Positions 12,643 through 22,539 of a DNA stretch of 35,925 bases are shown piece after piece; the stretch's first letter is position 1; the number at the start of each line of letters is the position of its first letter. The DNA is taken from assembly GCA_002256025.1 (NCBI GenBank), contig NKIB01015431.1:1-35925 (forward strand), given 5' to 3'. Origin of the DNA: Asterionella formosa. Its lineage: Eukaryota. The notes below the pieces were generated by a model, which saw nothing but the letters and a program-made list of their open reading frames with translations, did not search any database and had not been told where the DNA came from. Both the position numbers and the translations under genes were made by a program.

Positions 12643-12949
12643 ACAAATTCGAACCAAGTACAATCTTTATTGTAGTTGATAGAGCGGGGATAGCTATCAT
12701 TTTTTAATCAGTTCTAAAGTAGAACATACACAGTTATGGAGATCTAAGCAATTTAGTCTTACCCATTTTGACTTGTAACGTTGACTCTCAGTACATATAT
12801 TTTAATCTAAACATGAAGATTTTTTACCCCCAAACCGTGTTTCTTTTAACTTGATTGTTACCACAAAAACTATTTTCTATTACGGTACTTTTGTTGATCC
12901 TATAATTAGCGGTACCAGCTACCAGTGCCAGGTACCAGGGTTTTAAGTG

Positions 12950-13170
12950 CCGATCATAACAGTACTGGTAGCAAATTCGTCAAGTATTCGTTTGGACCTT
13001 GCATATAAATCACTTCAAGTTCTCATCTGTCCGGTGGTCCTCCTCTTGTTTCAATTCATTTCACGGGTGATTTTTGTGATTTCATGACAAATCCTCGTAT
13101 GTACCGGTAGTGTTTCAGGTAGTCACGCCGAGAGGTTCCCGCAGCTGATGTTCTCCATTTAGGTAGATTG
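12950..13170 (+). repeat. Dispersed repeat; solo copy of the arm of the 20194-20611 palindrome
   Basis: AATCACTTCAAGTTCTCATCTGTCC...GTGATTTCATGA...CGCAGCTGATGTTCT...TTAGGTAGA shared with 20173-20380. Confidence 0.9.
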
Positions 13171-13458
13171 GATGTATTATTTTTGTGATGTCAATATATA
13201 GCATCCTCGACTCAGTGATGATTTCCTGGTATATATGCTATACACACTCAATACAGAATAATTTCAGCATCAAGATATCAGATGCCAGCCAGACAAATAA
13301 AAATTTGAAAGTATACATAACTGAATAGTCATATGAAACAAAAATGACGATTTGACATGATCAATAATATGCTTGCAGAAACATAGCTGAATTTCGAAAT
13401 TTTTGACAGTATTCATTACTGAGTGATTCGCATAGAAATAAAAAAATAACGGTTTTAC

Positions 13459-13680
13459 TTAATCAATGTGCAATACTATGATATTGTATGTACACTTTAC
13501 CAGCACAATAGCCCAATACAGGGTAGTCCCAGCATTTCCTACCTTTTGACAAGAAGGGCATCTGGCGCATTTCTCGCCGTACTGCCTAAACAGCAGCAAT
13601 TCATTCCTTGATTTCATGATACCGGTAGTAATTTTTTCAGCAAATTTAAGGAGGCATATTCCTAGAGCCATTTTCATTGT
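13459..13680 (-). mobile_element. Possible non-LTR retrotransposon C-terminal zinc-finger relic
   Basis: Peptide LKFAEKITTGIMKSRNELLLFRQYGEKCARCPSCQK with a CPxC motif like that at 18959; short and degraded. Confidence 0.3.
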
Positions 13681-13902
13681 GCTCCAGGTCCAATAAGAGG
13701 TGGGGGCAAAAAGCTAAGTCATTATCCCAGATATGGCCTGACCTATTAGCATCCATATTATAATCTGAATTGATATAGGAAACTCTCTGATAGCGATTAA
13801 AAAGGTTTGCTATTGCATTAAAAACACGTAGCCCTACATGTGGATATCATTTTACGCTCATCTCATGCAAGTAGGTATACGAACACATTATTTGTGCCTC
13901 TC

Positions 13903-16296
13903 TTAATCTAAAGCACTTAGACGCTGAATTAATTCCGACTTTTTCCCACTGACAGGCAAGCCAGCCAAACGAAGACGCTCCTTCAGCTCAATGACAGTGA
14001 GGGATTCCAAGTCAGAAGCAAAGTTCCTAGTAGACATTTCCACAGCCACTTTTCCACTAGTGGAAGTTTCATCAATCACTTCCGCGGATTCGAAGATTTT
14101 ATCCATGGCGGTATCCAAATCTTCAACAGCATCATCATCCTCGTCGTCGGGGGTCCACTGCTCATTGTAAGAGCTAACCTCCTCATCTCCACTCAAACGA
14201 GATGGCACTTGTCCCTCTACCCTCCACTCACGTACTCTGTCGTCAAGGTAAATGTTGTATTCATTATACAATTCATCACGGATGTCATCTGCAACATCAT
14301 AGTCCTTGTTAAGTTTGGCAATGGATCTCTCATTAATTTTCTTCAGGATAATTAACTTGAGTTCTTCGTCCATTGGAGTTACTGGTGACATCACATAGTC
14401 GTCCGAAACTACAAACCATTCTCGACTACGATCATCAACACTTACGGCAAACTCATCCCGGAGTTTATCACGAATACGATCTGCCTTACCAAAGTCCTTG
14501 TCTCGCTTTGCGTCGTTCCGTGCTCGAATCATGGAATGAATTGTTTCTTCTTGCTCCTTGGTCAAGTCCCCTCCACCCCGTCTTACAAAGGGATCGCCTG
14601 GTCCTGCAGATTTTCGTGTCCCGAACATTCCACCCACAGCCCACTGACGGACTTTGTCGTCCACCATGACGTTGTATTGATCCATGAGCTCATCACGGAT
14701 CTCATCGGCTAATGCAAATTCTCGGTCATTGCGTGCCTGCTCTCTGGCTTCAACTTGACGTTGAATATACTCAGCTTCGGCGGGGAGTTCGGAACCTGGT
14801 GCCATGGCGTATGGTCCTGGCTCTCTTCGGTCACTCTCATCGAAGCCAAAGTCGCCTCCCACACTCCACAAACGTTGACGATCATCAATTTCGACATTGT
14901 AATCATACTTGAGTTCATCACGAATGGAATCCGCGGTACTGAATTCTCTTGTCTTTTTTGCATTGGCGCGTTGCGCAACCAAATCCTGGATAATACGCAA
15001 TTCTTCATCATTGACTTGCAATGATTGAGGTGACATGTCATAGGGACGATCCCGATCTGAATCCCTTTTCATTGTTTCACCAAAATCACCTCCAACACTC
15101 CATTGACGGTTGCGATCATCGACCACAACATCATAATCTTCCAATAGTTCATCACGAATTGCATCTGCCGTATCAAAGTCTCGTGCTCGTTTCGCTTCAA
15201 TGCGTTCAGCCACCAAATCTTGAATGACATTGACATCATCAGTATCGAAACTATACTTTGACTGTTCGTAAGGCTTATTGCGATCACTTCGCGATCCCGC
15301 CTCTCGACCAGGTTTACCACCGCCACCTTCCCCAAATCCTTGACCATCAGCTCTCCACTCTTTCCTTCCATCATGGACGAAGACACCATTAGCAATCAAT
15401 TCATCTTGAATTTCATCTGCCGCAGTAAAATCACGACTCATTTTGTATTTTAATCTCTCGGCAATCAATCGATGAATGTCGCCATCCGACAAATTCGAAT
15501 TATTCGGTCCCGCTTCATTGGATAGGTCATAATCGTGTCCATTGGGACCAAAGTTGGTGCGCCGTCCACCAGCGCCACGAGCTGGACCTCCTCTACTTTC
15601 TCCACGACCCCCGCGTCCTCTACCTTCTCCTCGACCACCATCACGCTGTTGTCGACCACCTCCCTTCATGCCACTTCCAGATGAACTGCACCCACTTCTC
15701 CAAACACGATCCCGATCCCACACAGTAACGCCATGATCATTCAACAACACATCACGTAGGACATCAGCTTGTTCGAATTGACCTGTTTTACGTGCCGTCA
15801 AGCGATCTTGAATAAGTTGATTCACTACAACTTCATTGACATTGGAATTGTCCGATGGATCACGAGAATAGTCATGTCCATCACTTCTTGAGTAGGATCC
15901 ATTTCCATCACCTCTTGAATATCCACCTCTTGACGAGGATCCAGCACCATCACCTCTTGAATATCCACCTCTTGACGAGGATCCAGCACCATCGCCACGA
16001 CTAGTAGTGGCTCTGGGTGGGCGCCGTGTCGATGATGGCCCTCCTTCACGTCGGGACGAAGGACGATCTCCCGATGAAGTGTCAGCCCAAGCAAAGTCAG
16101 CTGGATTGAAATCTGAATACCAATCATCGTACTCATCCTTTCTTTTGCCACTATCGCCATCGCCATTAGTAGTACTTGTACTGTATAGCGCAGAAACAAG
16201 GTGTCTTTGATGTTGTGGCGTACCAACAACAAACGCAAAACCAGAAGCGCACTTGGAGAGTTTTGCAATGACTGCAAGGGCAAGTGCGAATCTCAT
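13903..16296 (-). CDS. Putative plastid-targeted nucleic-acid-binding protein: signal/transit peptide, RGG-rich linkers, 7 repeats resembling the CysRS C-terminal anticodon-binding subdomain, C-terminal SAP domain
   Basis: Intact intronless 797-aa ORF; N-terminus MRFALALAVIAKLSKCASG-FAF (ASAF-like); repeat consensus IxxLIxERxxA[KR]xx[RK]DFxxADxIRDELxxxYxVxVDDRxRxW; SAP-like LESLTVIELKERLRLAGLPVSGKKSELIQRL; 42-bp in-frame duplication near 15905-15995. Confidence 0.92.
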   Translation of the reverse strand: MRFALALAVIAKLSKCASGFAFVVGTPQHQRHLVSALYSTSTTNGDGDSGKRKDEYDDWYSDFNPADFAWADTSSGDRPSSRREGGPSSTRRPPRATTSRGDGAGSSSRGGYSRGDGAGSSSRGGYSRGDGNGSYSRSDGHDYSRDPSDNSNVNEVVVNQLIQDRLTARKTGQFEQADVLRDVLLNDHGVTVWDRDRVWRSGCSSSGSGMKGGGRQQRDGGRGEGRGRGGRGESRGGPARGAGGRRTNFGPNGHDYDLSNEAGPNNSNLSDGDIHRLIAERLKYKMSRDFTAADEIQDELIANGVFVHDGRKEWRADGQGFGEGGGGKPGREAGSRSDRNKPYEQSKYSFDTDDVNVIQDLVAERIEAKRARDFDTADAIRDELLEDYDVVVDDRNRQWSVGGDFGETMKRDSDRDRPYDMSPQSLQVNDEELRIIQDLVAQRANAKKTREFSTADSIRDELKYDYNVEIDDRQRLWSVGGDFGFDESDRREPGPYAMAPGSELPAEAEYIQRQVEAREQARNDREFALADEIRDELMDQYNVMVDDKVRQWAVGGMFGTRKSAGPGDPFVRRGGGDLTKEQEETIHSMIRARNDAKRDKDFGKADRIRDKLRDEFAVSVDDRSREWFVVSDDYVMSPVTPMDEELKLIILKKINERSIAKLNKDYDVADDIRDELYNEYNIYLDDRVREWRVEGQVPSRLSGDEEVSSYNEQWTPDDEDDDAVEDLDTAMDKIFESAEVIDETSTSGKVAVEMSTRNFASDLESLTVIELKERLRLAGLPVSGKKSELIQRLSALD

Positions 16297-17359
16297 GGTT
16301 TACTGAAAATAGAACGTAACAAAAAGACAATGAAACAAATGAAACCGAAGCAAGCGCAATAACGATTAGGAAAAGCAACAACGAATTGAATAACCAAGCA
16401 AAGCAAGAATAATCCATCAACATCAGGAAGCCATCACCCGCACACTACGCATGTGGGAAATTATTTTGAAAATAGGCCGAATTTAAGATATGAGTGGCCA
16501 CGAGACACCTAGAGCAACAAGCTGGATGCAAGACGAGTGACGTTTATAATTTCCAATTCCACTAAGGAAGCGGCAAGTGAGGACCTACGCCAGGCACAGA
16601 TAAATACGAAACTGTGGCAACATGGGACAAACTCCGGGTGATGCAAAATTAAGAGTGGATAGGTACCGGTAGTACAGTACGTACTGAGTACCGGTACATT
16701 TTTTTGTCAGCTTCATTCGTGTATCATGATGGGTTTCAATCATTCCTTGAATGATGATTACCAGTTGTTGTTTAGTTCTCCTACCACGTACTCTGAGCTC
16801 ACATGCAACCAGTAGACTACCGGTGTGTGGCACTGGTAGTCTAACAGAAGTCTAAAGGTATGATATTGGTTCCATTATACTACTAGAACTACCGATAGAG
16901 TCAAAATGGTACTATCACCAGGTACATAGGTAACAAGTATATTGTACCAGTATCGATACTAGGAGTACCTGTTTACAGCGAACCAGCAGCTAGTAATAAA
17001 TGGTATGGAAATTGTCATGTGACGAAACTAGAACTACCTGGTACCTACCAGTATTCTAAGTAGTACTGTAGTAGTCAGCTATTTTACCAGTACTACCAGG
17101 AGGTGGCAGACTAGACTATTAAGCATTGCTCTGAAAGTAGTCAACCGGTACGATCCTATATTTGAATTCTCTCTAAAGCACAAGGATTATGAAGCATGAA
17201 GCAAGCAATCAAGAAAGTGATTAAGTATTCGCTAATTTCGTGCATTTCAGGATATTATCCACACGACTCTGCCCTACATAGTGGGCAGTTCCTTCTAAAT
17301 ATTTAAATCACTTCATGGAGTGACTGATGGCATCAACGATGAAGACACTTATGGCCTTA

Positions 17360-17862
17360 TTAAATTGCCTCTCCACCACGAACAAATGCCTTTTTCAAAG
17401 GAACAGCAGCACCACCCCCAGCAGTCTTCTCCTGCTCGGACATGGTAGTTCTAGTAGCCAGGTAACGCATCCTTTCCATCCTCATGCCCATGCCACCCAC
17501 TTTACCCTTCTTGTTCCTGCCACCAGCAGTGCTACCAAGAACATTTGTACCTGCAGTATTACTGGTGACAGCGACGGTTACAGGGGGGGAATGAGTGTTT
17601 CATTCAAAAAAGGTGGCATGTCAATTGCAGCGCTGTTTTCGTCAATCATGATCATTGTAACATTGTCAAAGAAAGATAAATTTCCATCCAACGGCATGCC
17701 ACCAACTTCAGGAACCCACATAGTGCCATTGCTGTCACCATGACTCATGTTGTAATACATAATCGTAACCGGTTCTTCCAATGTGTAGTTTCCATCAAAG
17801 GTGTAGTTCACAGGGAAAATGGAAACAGGTTCTCCCATTGAGAAATTTCCATCAAAGGTGTA
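17360..17862 (-). pseudogene. 5'-truncated, frameshifted paralog of the 32439-33176 gene
   Basis: NYTFDGN...YNM...TMWV...PLDGN.SFFDN.T...IDMPPF matches the intact copy. After a 1-nt shift at the G7 run (17583-17589) the frame continues KKGKVGGMGMRMERMRYL...MSEQE...FVRGGEAI* (stop 17360-17362). The Cys-rich N-terminus is absent. Confidence 0.85.
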
Positions 17863-18130
17863 AAATACTCCGTGCCTGGTACTGGTGCCACCTAAAAACT
17901 GAGAGTCAATGTTTAAGGTTGCGGCCCCACAGTTTCACATTGAGGTCCTTTTTTCCCCAAAATATTAAAATGATGTACCTCAATCCACACATTACGTACA
18001 ACTAAATAATATGGTTGAAGGTAAAATTAGCTTTCACCAATACGACCACTTTGCATATGCTTAGGTACAGTCATTGCTCGACTTAGTAGGGGTATGTTCT
18101 ATATTCAGATATGGTAAGGACCTCATTTCT

Positions 18131-18241
18131 GGAGAGAAAGTGCAGTCATGTATTATAGATAAACAACTATCCCAAAAATAGTCAAAAAGGGGGCTATCAA
18201 GCTTTTAAAATATCTACAATACATAACTGCACTTTCTCTCC
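18131..18241. repeat. Hairpin/MITE-like inverted repeat, ~31-bp arms, related to 3601-3722
   Basis: GGAGAGAAAGTGCAGTCATGTATTATAGATA ... TATCTACAATACATAACTGCACTTTCTCTCC (2 mismatches); followed by AAAAGTTA as in the 3601 copy. Confidence 0.9.
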
Positions 18242-18417
18242 AAAAGTTAACTCCTGACGGTATAGGGTGCATACACGGCTATCTATTTTTATCTTCATGA
18301 AACTCTGTAGATGTAGAGCAATCATCCTCCAAAAAGTCAACCCGATCAGCTTTTTCAACAGTCGCCAAAATATTGGAATCGGAATTTGTACATGCGAAAA
18401 CGTTCTTATAGACATAG

Positions 18418-18654
18418 GAGTCTTTTGTAGGTAATCAATCGAAGCAAAATGAGGGGTTGATTACTGTTGTTTCGACTTGAGTCTTTTGTAGGTAATCGAT
18501 CAAAGCAAAATGAGGGGTCGATCATTGTTGTTTCGACTTTCAACTTCTTCATCTCTCAGCAAATCTTGGCAGCATTCCAGACTTAAGTTTTCTTCACATG
18601 AAAAGATTAAGTCTGGAATACTAACAAGATTCGCCAAAAGAGAAAAAGTCGAAA
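18418..18654. repeat. 61-bp tandem duplication (18418-18539) followed by an imperfect hairpin (18531-18654)
   Basis: GAGTCTTTTGTAGGTAATC...TTTCGACTT x2; TTTCGACTTT..ATTCCAGACTTAA pairs with TTAAGTCTGGAAT..AAAGTCGAAA. Confidence 0.85.
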
Positions 18655-18919
18655 ATCGCAAATCGCGGCAATTTGACAATTTCGGAGATTCATCACTTGT
18701 ATATTCTCACGTAGAAACCTTCATAGACTTAGCTAGTCCTCCCTCTGAGAACAACAAGGTAAAGATAGTTATTAAATATGGACAGCGAACAATGCAAGAT
18801 CATGCACCATAAATATTCCATAAGACATAACCTGAATCGTCGTCATTGTTGTTCTTGTCAACTGTCATCTTGCTTGTTTGTATTGTTTAATGTCTCAAAG
18901 CATCAGACCGGTTGATTGT

Positions 18920-19405
18920 TGTGTTTAGGTAGTAGCAGCAGCTTGGAAGTGAGGTAATTGTTACCGTTGTCCCTCATGTGGCAATCAAACTGAGAAACCG
19001 CACCATCTAACACGAAGAGATGACCAGCTGAGGACCGGACATTGAAACACAACTTTTTGTCTACCAAATTCTCACTCATGTCTCCGTTTTTGTACCTCCT
19101 CTTTCTTGCTAAAACAATAATAGGAGGAATGGGTTGATTTGCAAGAAAACTGGTGTAAAAGTCTAAAAAACATCCTTTAAGATCGTGGACGATTTCAAGC
19201 AATGCTACAATCAACTGAGCAGCAAGGACAGGGGAAGCAACAAACGGCTGGTTCATCATAGGACAGGTGTAGCGATGGAATTATGGAAAATGGCGATTCG
19301 CAGATAGATTGTTCAGAGATCAATTTTTGGAAATACCATTGCACCATGCAAATCGCCTAGCAAATGGTCTACAGATCCGTCAGATTGTCAAAGTATGTTA
19401 AAGCA
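18920..19405 (+). mobile_element. Degenerate non-LTR retrotransposon C-terminal relic, abutting a long-TIR element
   Basis: CYRCPSCGNQTEKPHHLT at 18959 (CPxC-x4-E-x3-H zinc-finger-like); homologous to 7788-8320 on the minus strand. Confidence 0.45.
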
Positions 19406-21056
19406 TTATCTTTTAGATAGATCTATATTGTTAGACAAAGAAGGCTATAGATAGAGACGTTTAGTCCTCGTTCTTTTCTATATTGTTATAGTGAGCTACT
19501 AAACTAGTTTAGTTTGTTCGGTTTGAATAAACAAACTAACTAAATCAACAAAATCGGCCTTCTCAACGGTCTCCAAAATATCGGAATCAGAACCACTAAT
19601 TGCCGAAACGTCATCATCGGAATACGAGTCTTGTGATTCAAATTTTCATCACACAATCTCCTGTACGAAAAATTCCATTTTAATGGCCCGCATCACTTCA
19701 ATTTTAAAAATTTTGATGGGTCGAATTTAATTACTTACCACTATTTGATTGGTCCGGTTTGCGAGGTCTTGCAAACCCATGCTTGCCACACTGGATACAT
19801 ACATGATATTTTCTCGGGTGTCTTCCGGTATTGTATCCAGTACCGGTAGCTGATAATCATTGATCTTATACGTACCAGTAGATACTACTTCCTAGAATGC
19901 ACATTCAAGTATTTGCCTGCCGGGTCATTTAACGCACGATGGTTGTTTATCGGAATACAGAGTATACATACATACAGCAATGTAGAATGTATTTGTATAT
20001 ATTTAGCGAATTCGAGAAGGAATCTTCTAACGTAGTACATTACAATTTCCTTTGATTTAAATATTTCAAACGGAATTATGGTGATTCATATTTATTATAT
20101 TAACGTTCCCAATTACAACCCTAAGACATATTTTAATTTTTGCCGTAGGGTTGAAATGCTGCAACCTTAAATGCCCATCATAACAGTAAAATATATTCTT
20201 CAAGAATTCGTTGGGACCTCGCATATCAATCACTTCAAGTTCTCATCTGTCCATTGGTCCTCCTTTTGTTTCAACTCATTTCACAGGTGATTGAGGTGAT
20301 TTCATGAAAAATTCTTGTATGTATTGTTTCTGGTAGTCATGGCAAGAGGTCGCAGCTGATGTTCTTCACTTAGGTAGAGGAGTATACAGACAACGATGTC
20401 ATTTTGCATGCTCCTTCACGTATGTAGAAGAATATCAACTGCGTACTCCTGGCATGCCTACCTGAAAGAGTGCAATTGAGATATTTCCATGAAATCACCA
20501 CAATAACCTGTGAAGTTTGCAAGAGTTGAAACAAGAAGGACTAGCTACTAACAGAAAGATGAGAACTTAAAGTGATGCATATACGAGGTCAGAGCAATTT
20601 CTTGTAGAATAATGTACAGGTGCGTATTATGATGTTAAAGTGAGCTGATCTACGTAGTTATGACTCACAGTCAAATGAGTCAAATGATTCGAATGAGTTA
20701 ACTTTGATGTACCAAGCGCTCATCAACCACACATTCAACATTGTTACTCCGGGTATAATGAGCCACACGATATAAGCTATTTGGGAAGACCGATAGTTTG
20801 AAATGAATGATCAATGCTTATAAACCTATGATCAGTAAGTGTGAGATAGACATGGGTCTATCTATGATTGTATGTTTCTAGATATGCAAACAGCATTTGG
20901 AGAATAGTTCATTGGTTTGTTAAAACCAAACAACCTAAACTAGTTTAGTATAAACTCACAATGAAAATATAGAAACGAAAGAGAAACAAACGCCTCTATC
21001 TATAGTCTTCTTTGTCTAATGATATAGATCTATCCAATAAAGGTAATACTTTAATA
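19395..21056. mobile_element. Non-autonomous element bounded by ~140-bp diverged inverted repeats (MULE/foldback-like)
   Basis: 19395-19537 (GATAGATCTATATTGTTAGACAAAGAAGGCTATAGATAGAG...TACTAAACTAGTTTAG) is the reverse complement of ~20912-21056; no transposase inside; no TSD recognised. Confidence 0.65.
20194..20611. repeat. Large imperfect palindrome, ~185-bp arms with a short spacer
   Basis: GACCTCG..ATCACTTCAAGTTCTCATCT..TTGTTTCAACTC..GGTGATTTCATG is mirrored by CATGAAATCACC..GAGTTGAAACAA..AGATGAGAACTTAAAGTGAT..CGAGGTC. Confidence 0.85.
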
Positions 21057-21213
21057 TTATGATAGGAGTACAGTACCTGGTACTCCTACCTGTTAGTACT
21101 GGTAATCCTCAAAAGTTAGTATGTTTTATAGCTCATCCGTACTCCCCTATTTCTAGGCAAGTATTGATTGTGCTACCTGCCGACAAGAGCTGTGCTTCCC
21201 TATTTTTTTGTTA

Positions 21214-21528
21214 GCGTAGGTGAGTCCTCAACCACCTTTTGCGAAAGGTCATCATCTTAGCCACAGCGTTAGGGGAAACTCCACCCGACCGCCTAGGAAG
21301 GCGGCACAAGCTGCTCGTACAGGGGGGGGGTTGCAAACCACTATTTCTTTCACACAAGGCAAGACTGTGCGGGAAGGTAAGAAGGAGTATGGGAGTCGAA
21401 CCCAACAATTGCTCCTCGAAAAAATTGCGGTAATCGAACCCAACAATTGCTTCTCGAAAAAGTTGCGGGAATCGAACCTCACAACCTCAGATCAAAGGCA
21501 ATGTGCTAAACCACTAAGCCATTCCTTT
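21214..21528 (-). mobile_element. tRNA-derived SINE-like element (degenerate tRNA head, three B-boxes, GC-rich body)
   Basis: Minus strand: A-box TGGCTTAGTGG (21512-21522), D-arm GCT..AGC, CTTTGA loop (Gln-like), B-box GGTTCGATTCC; B-box unit repeated at 38-bp period (21467, 21429, 21391); acceptor and anticodon stems mispaired. Confidence 0.6.
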
Positions 21529-22539
21529 GTTACTTGTAATCCTAGCTGTTTTCTACAAAATTAATAAAAAATAGTTTTATGATAACAATTGAGTAAAAAA
21601 AACGGCTTGGGGCAAAAAATTTTCATGTATGGATTTCTAAAAAGGACTGAAAGACAATGTTACAATTCAAAATTGGTGACATAAACAGCATTGATCTTCA
21701 TAACTGAATGTTCTACTTTAGTTGTTACATGATAGCGATTCCCATTCTGTCGTCTACAATTAAGTTGGTACTTGGTTCGAAGTTAATAAATTAAAAACAA
21801 ACTTCAATAATTTTAGTCGAAAGAGATGATCGAATGATCAAATTTTGGCTCTCAGTTTTGAGGTGGTACTCCAATGTACCTAGTACTCCCTGTGGGCGAA
21901 AAAAATTGCGCCGATTCTTCTTAACATTTCTCTGGGCCAGCCATTTTGACCCCAACAATTTTCTCCCGCTTGATGGCCCTGATGTGTGCCGTTCGCTGCT
22001 TAGCTACTAGTACAGATCCATGTATAATACACTACTGGTATATGTAGTTAATTTGACATTGGCAACTACATTTCAAAAAAGTTTTGTGCTTCATACATAC
22101 AAAGGAGGATATAACAGTCATAAAAAATGGTAACTTGCCATCTACTATCATGAAATGTGCAACTGCAAAAGTGGTGATGGTGGCGGCAAGGAAGAAAACG
22201 ACAAGTGTGCTTGCTCGTTTTGATGATTCAAACAAATAATTATATGTAACCAATTCATTTTTTCAATTTCATTCTACAATCGCGCGCAAAGTCAATCAAA
22301 TTATTCGCTTCGCTATAGTTTATATTGATTCTTTCTATAGAACGCGATTCTCAAACCAATAAGAGATGCTGTAACTAATCGCAAGATTGCTTGGCTACTC
22401 ATACTTGCAGGAATCCCTGTTACTACTACCGGTAGATCAATTCATAGCAAATGAGCTGGCTGCTCATTCTCATTGCTCAAATTCATTGTGAGTTGACGAG
22501 AAAACTAAAGTTGCGAAGCCATGATTTCGGTTCGAACAT

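Noticed and set aside
13903..16296. Cysteinyl-tRNA synthetase (cysS)
   Set aside because: Only C-terminal-like repeats; no catalytic Rossmann domain or HIGH/KMSKS motifs
14373..16423. Small ORFs overlapping the 797-aa gene (likewise those inside 1657-3147 and 31065-31799)
   Set aside because: Alternative-frame or antisense by-products with no independent support
17327..17743. Plus-strand ORFs 17327-17743 and 32418-32690 as a gene pair
   Set aside because: Antisense shadows of the minus-strand paralogs; their similarity follows from that
21214..21310. Hammerhead or HDV ribozyme in the SINE-like body
   Set aside because: Hairpins are present but I found no CUGANGA/GAAA core or nested pseudoknot by eye
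21458..21528. Functional tRNA-Gln gene
   Set aside because: Acceptor, anticodon and T stems contain mismatches, and duplicated B-boxes follow
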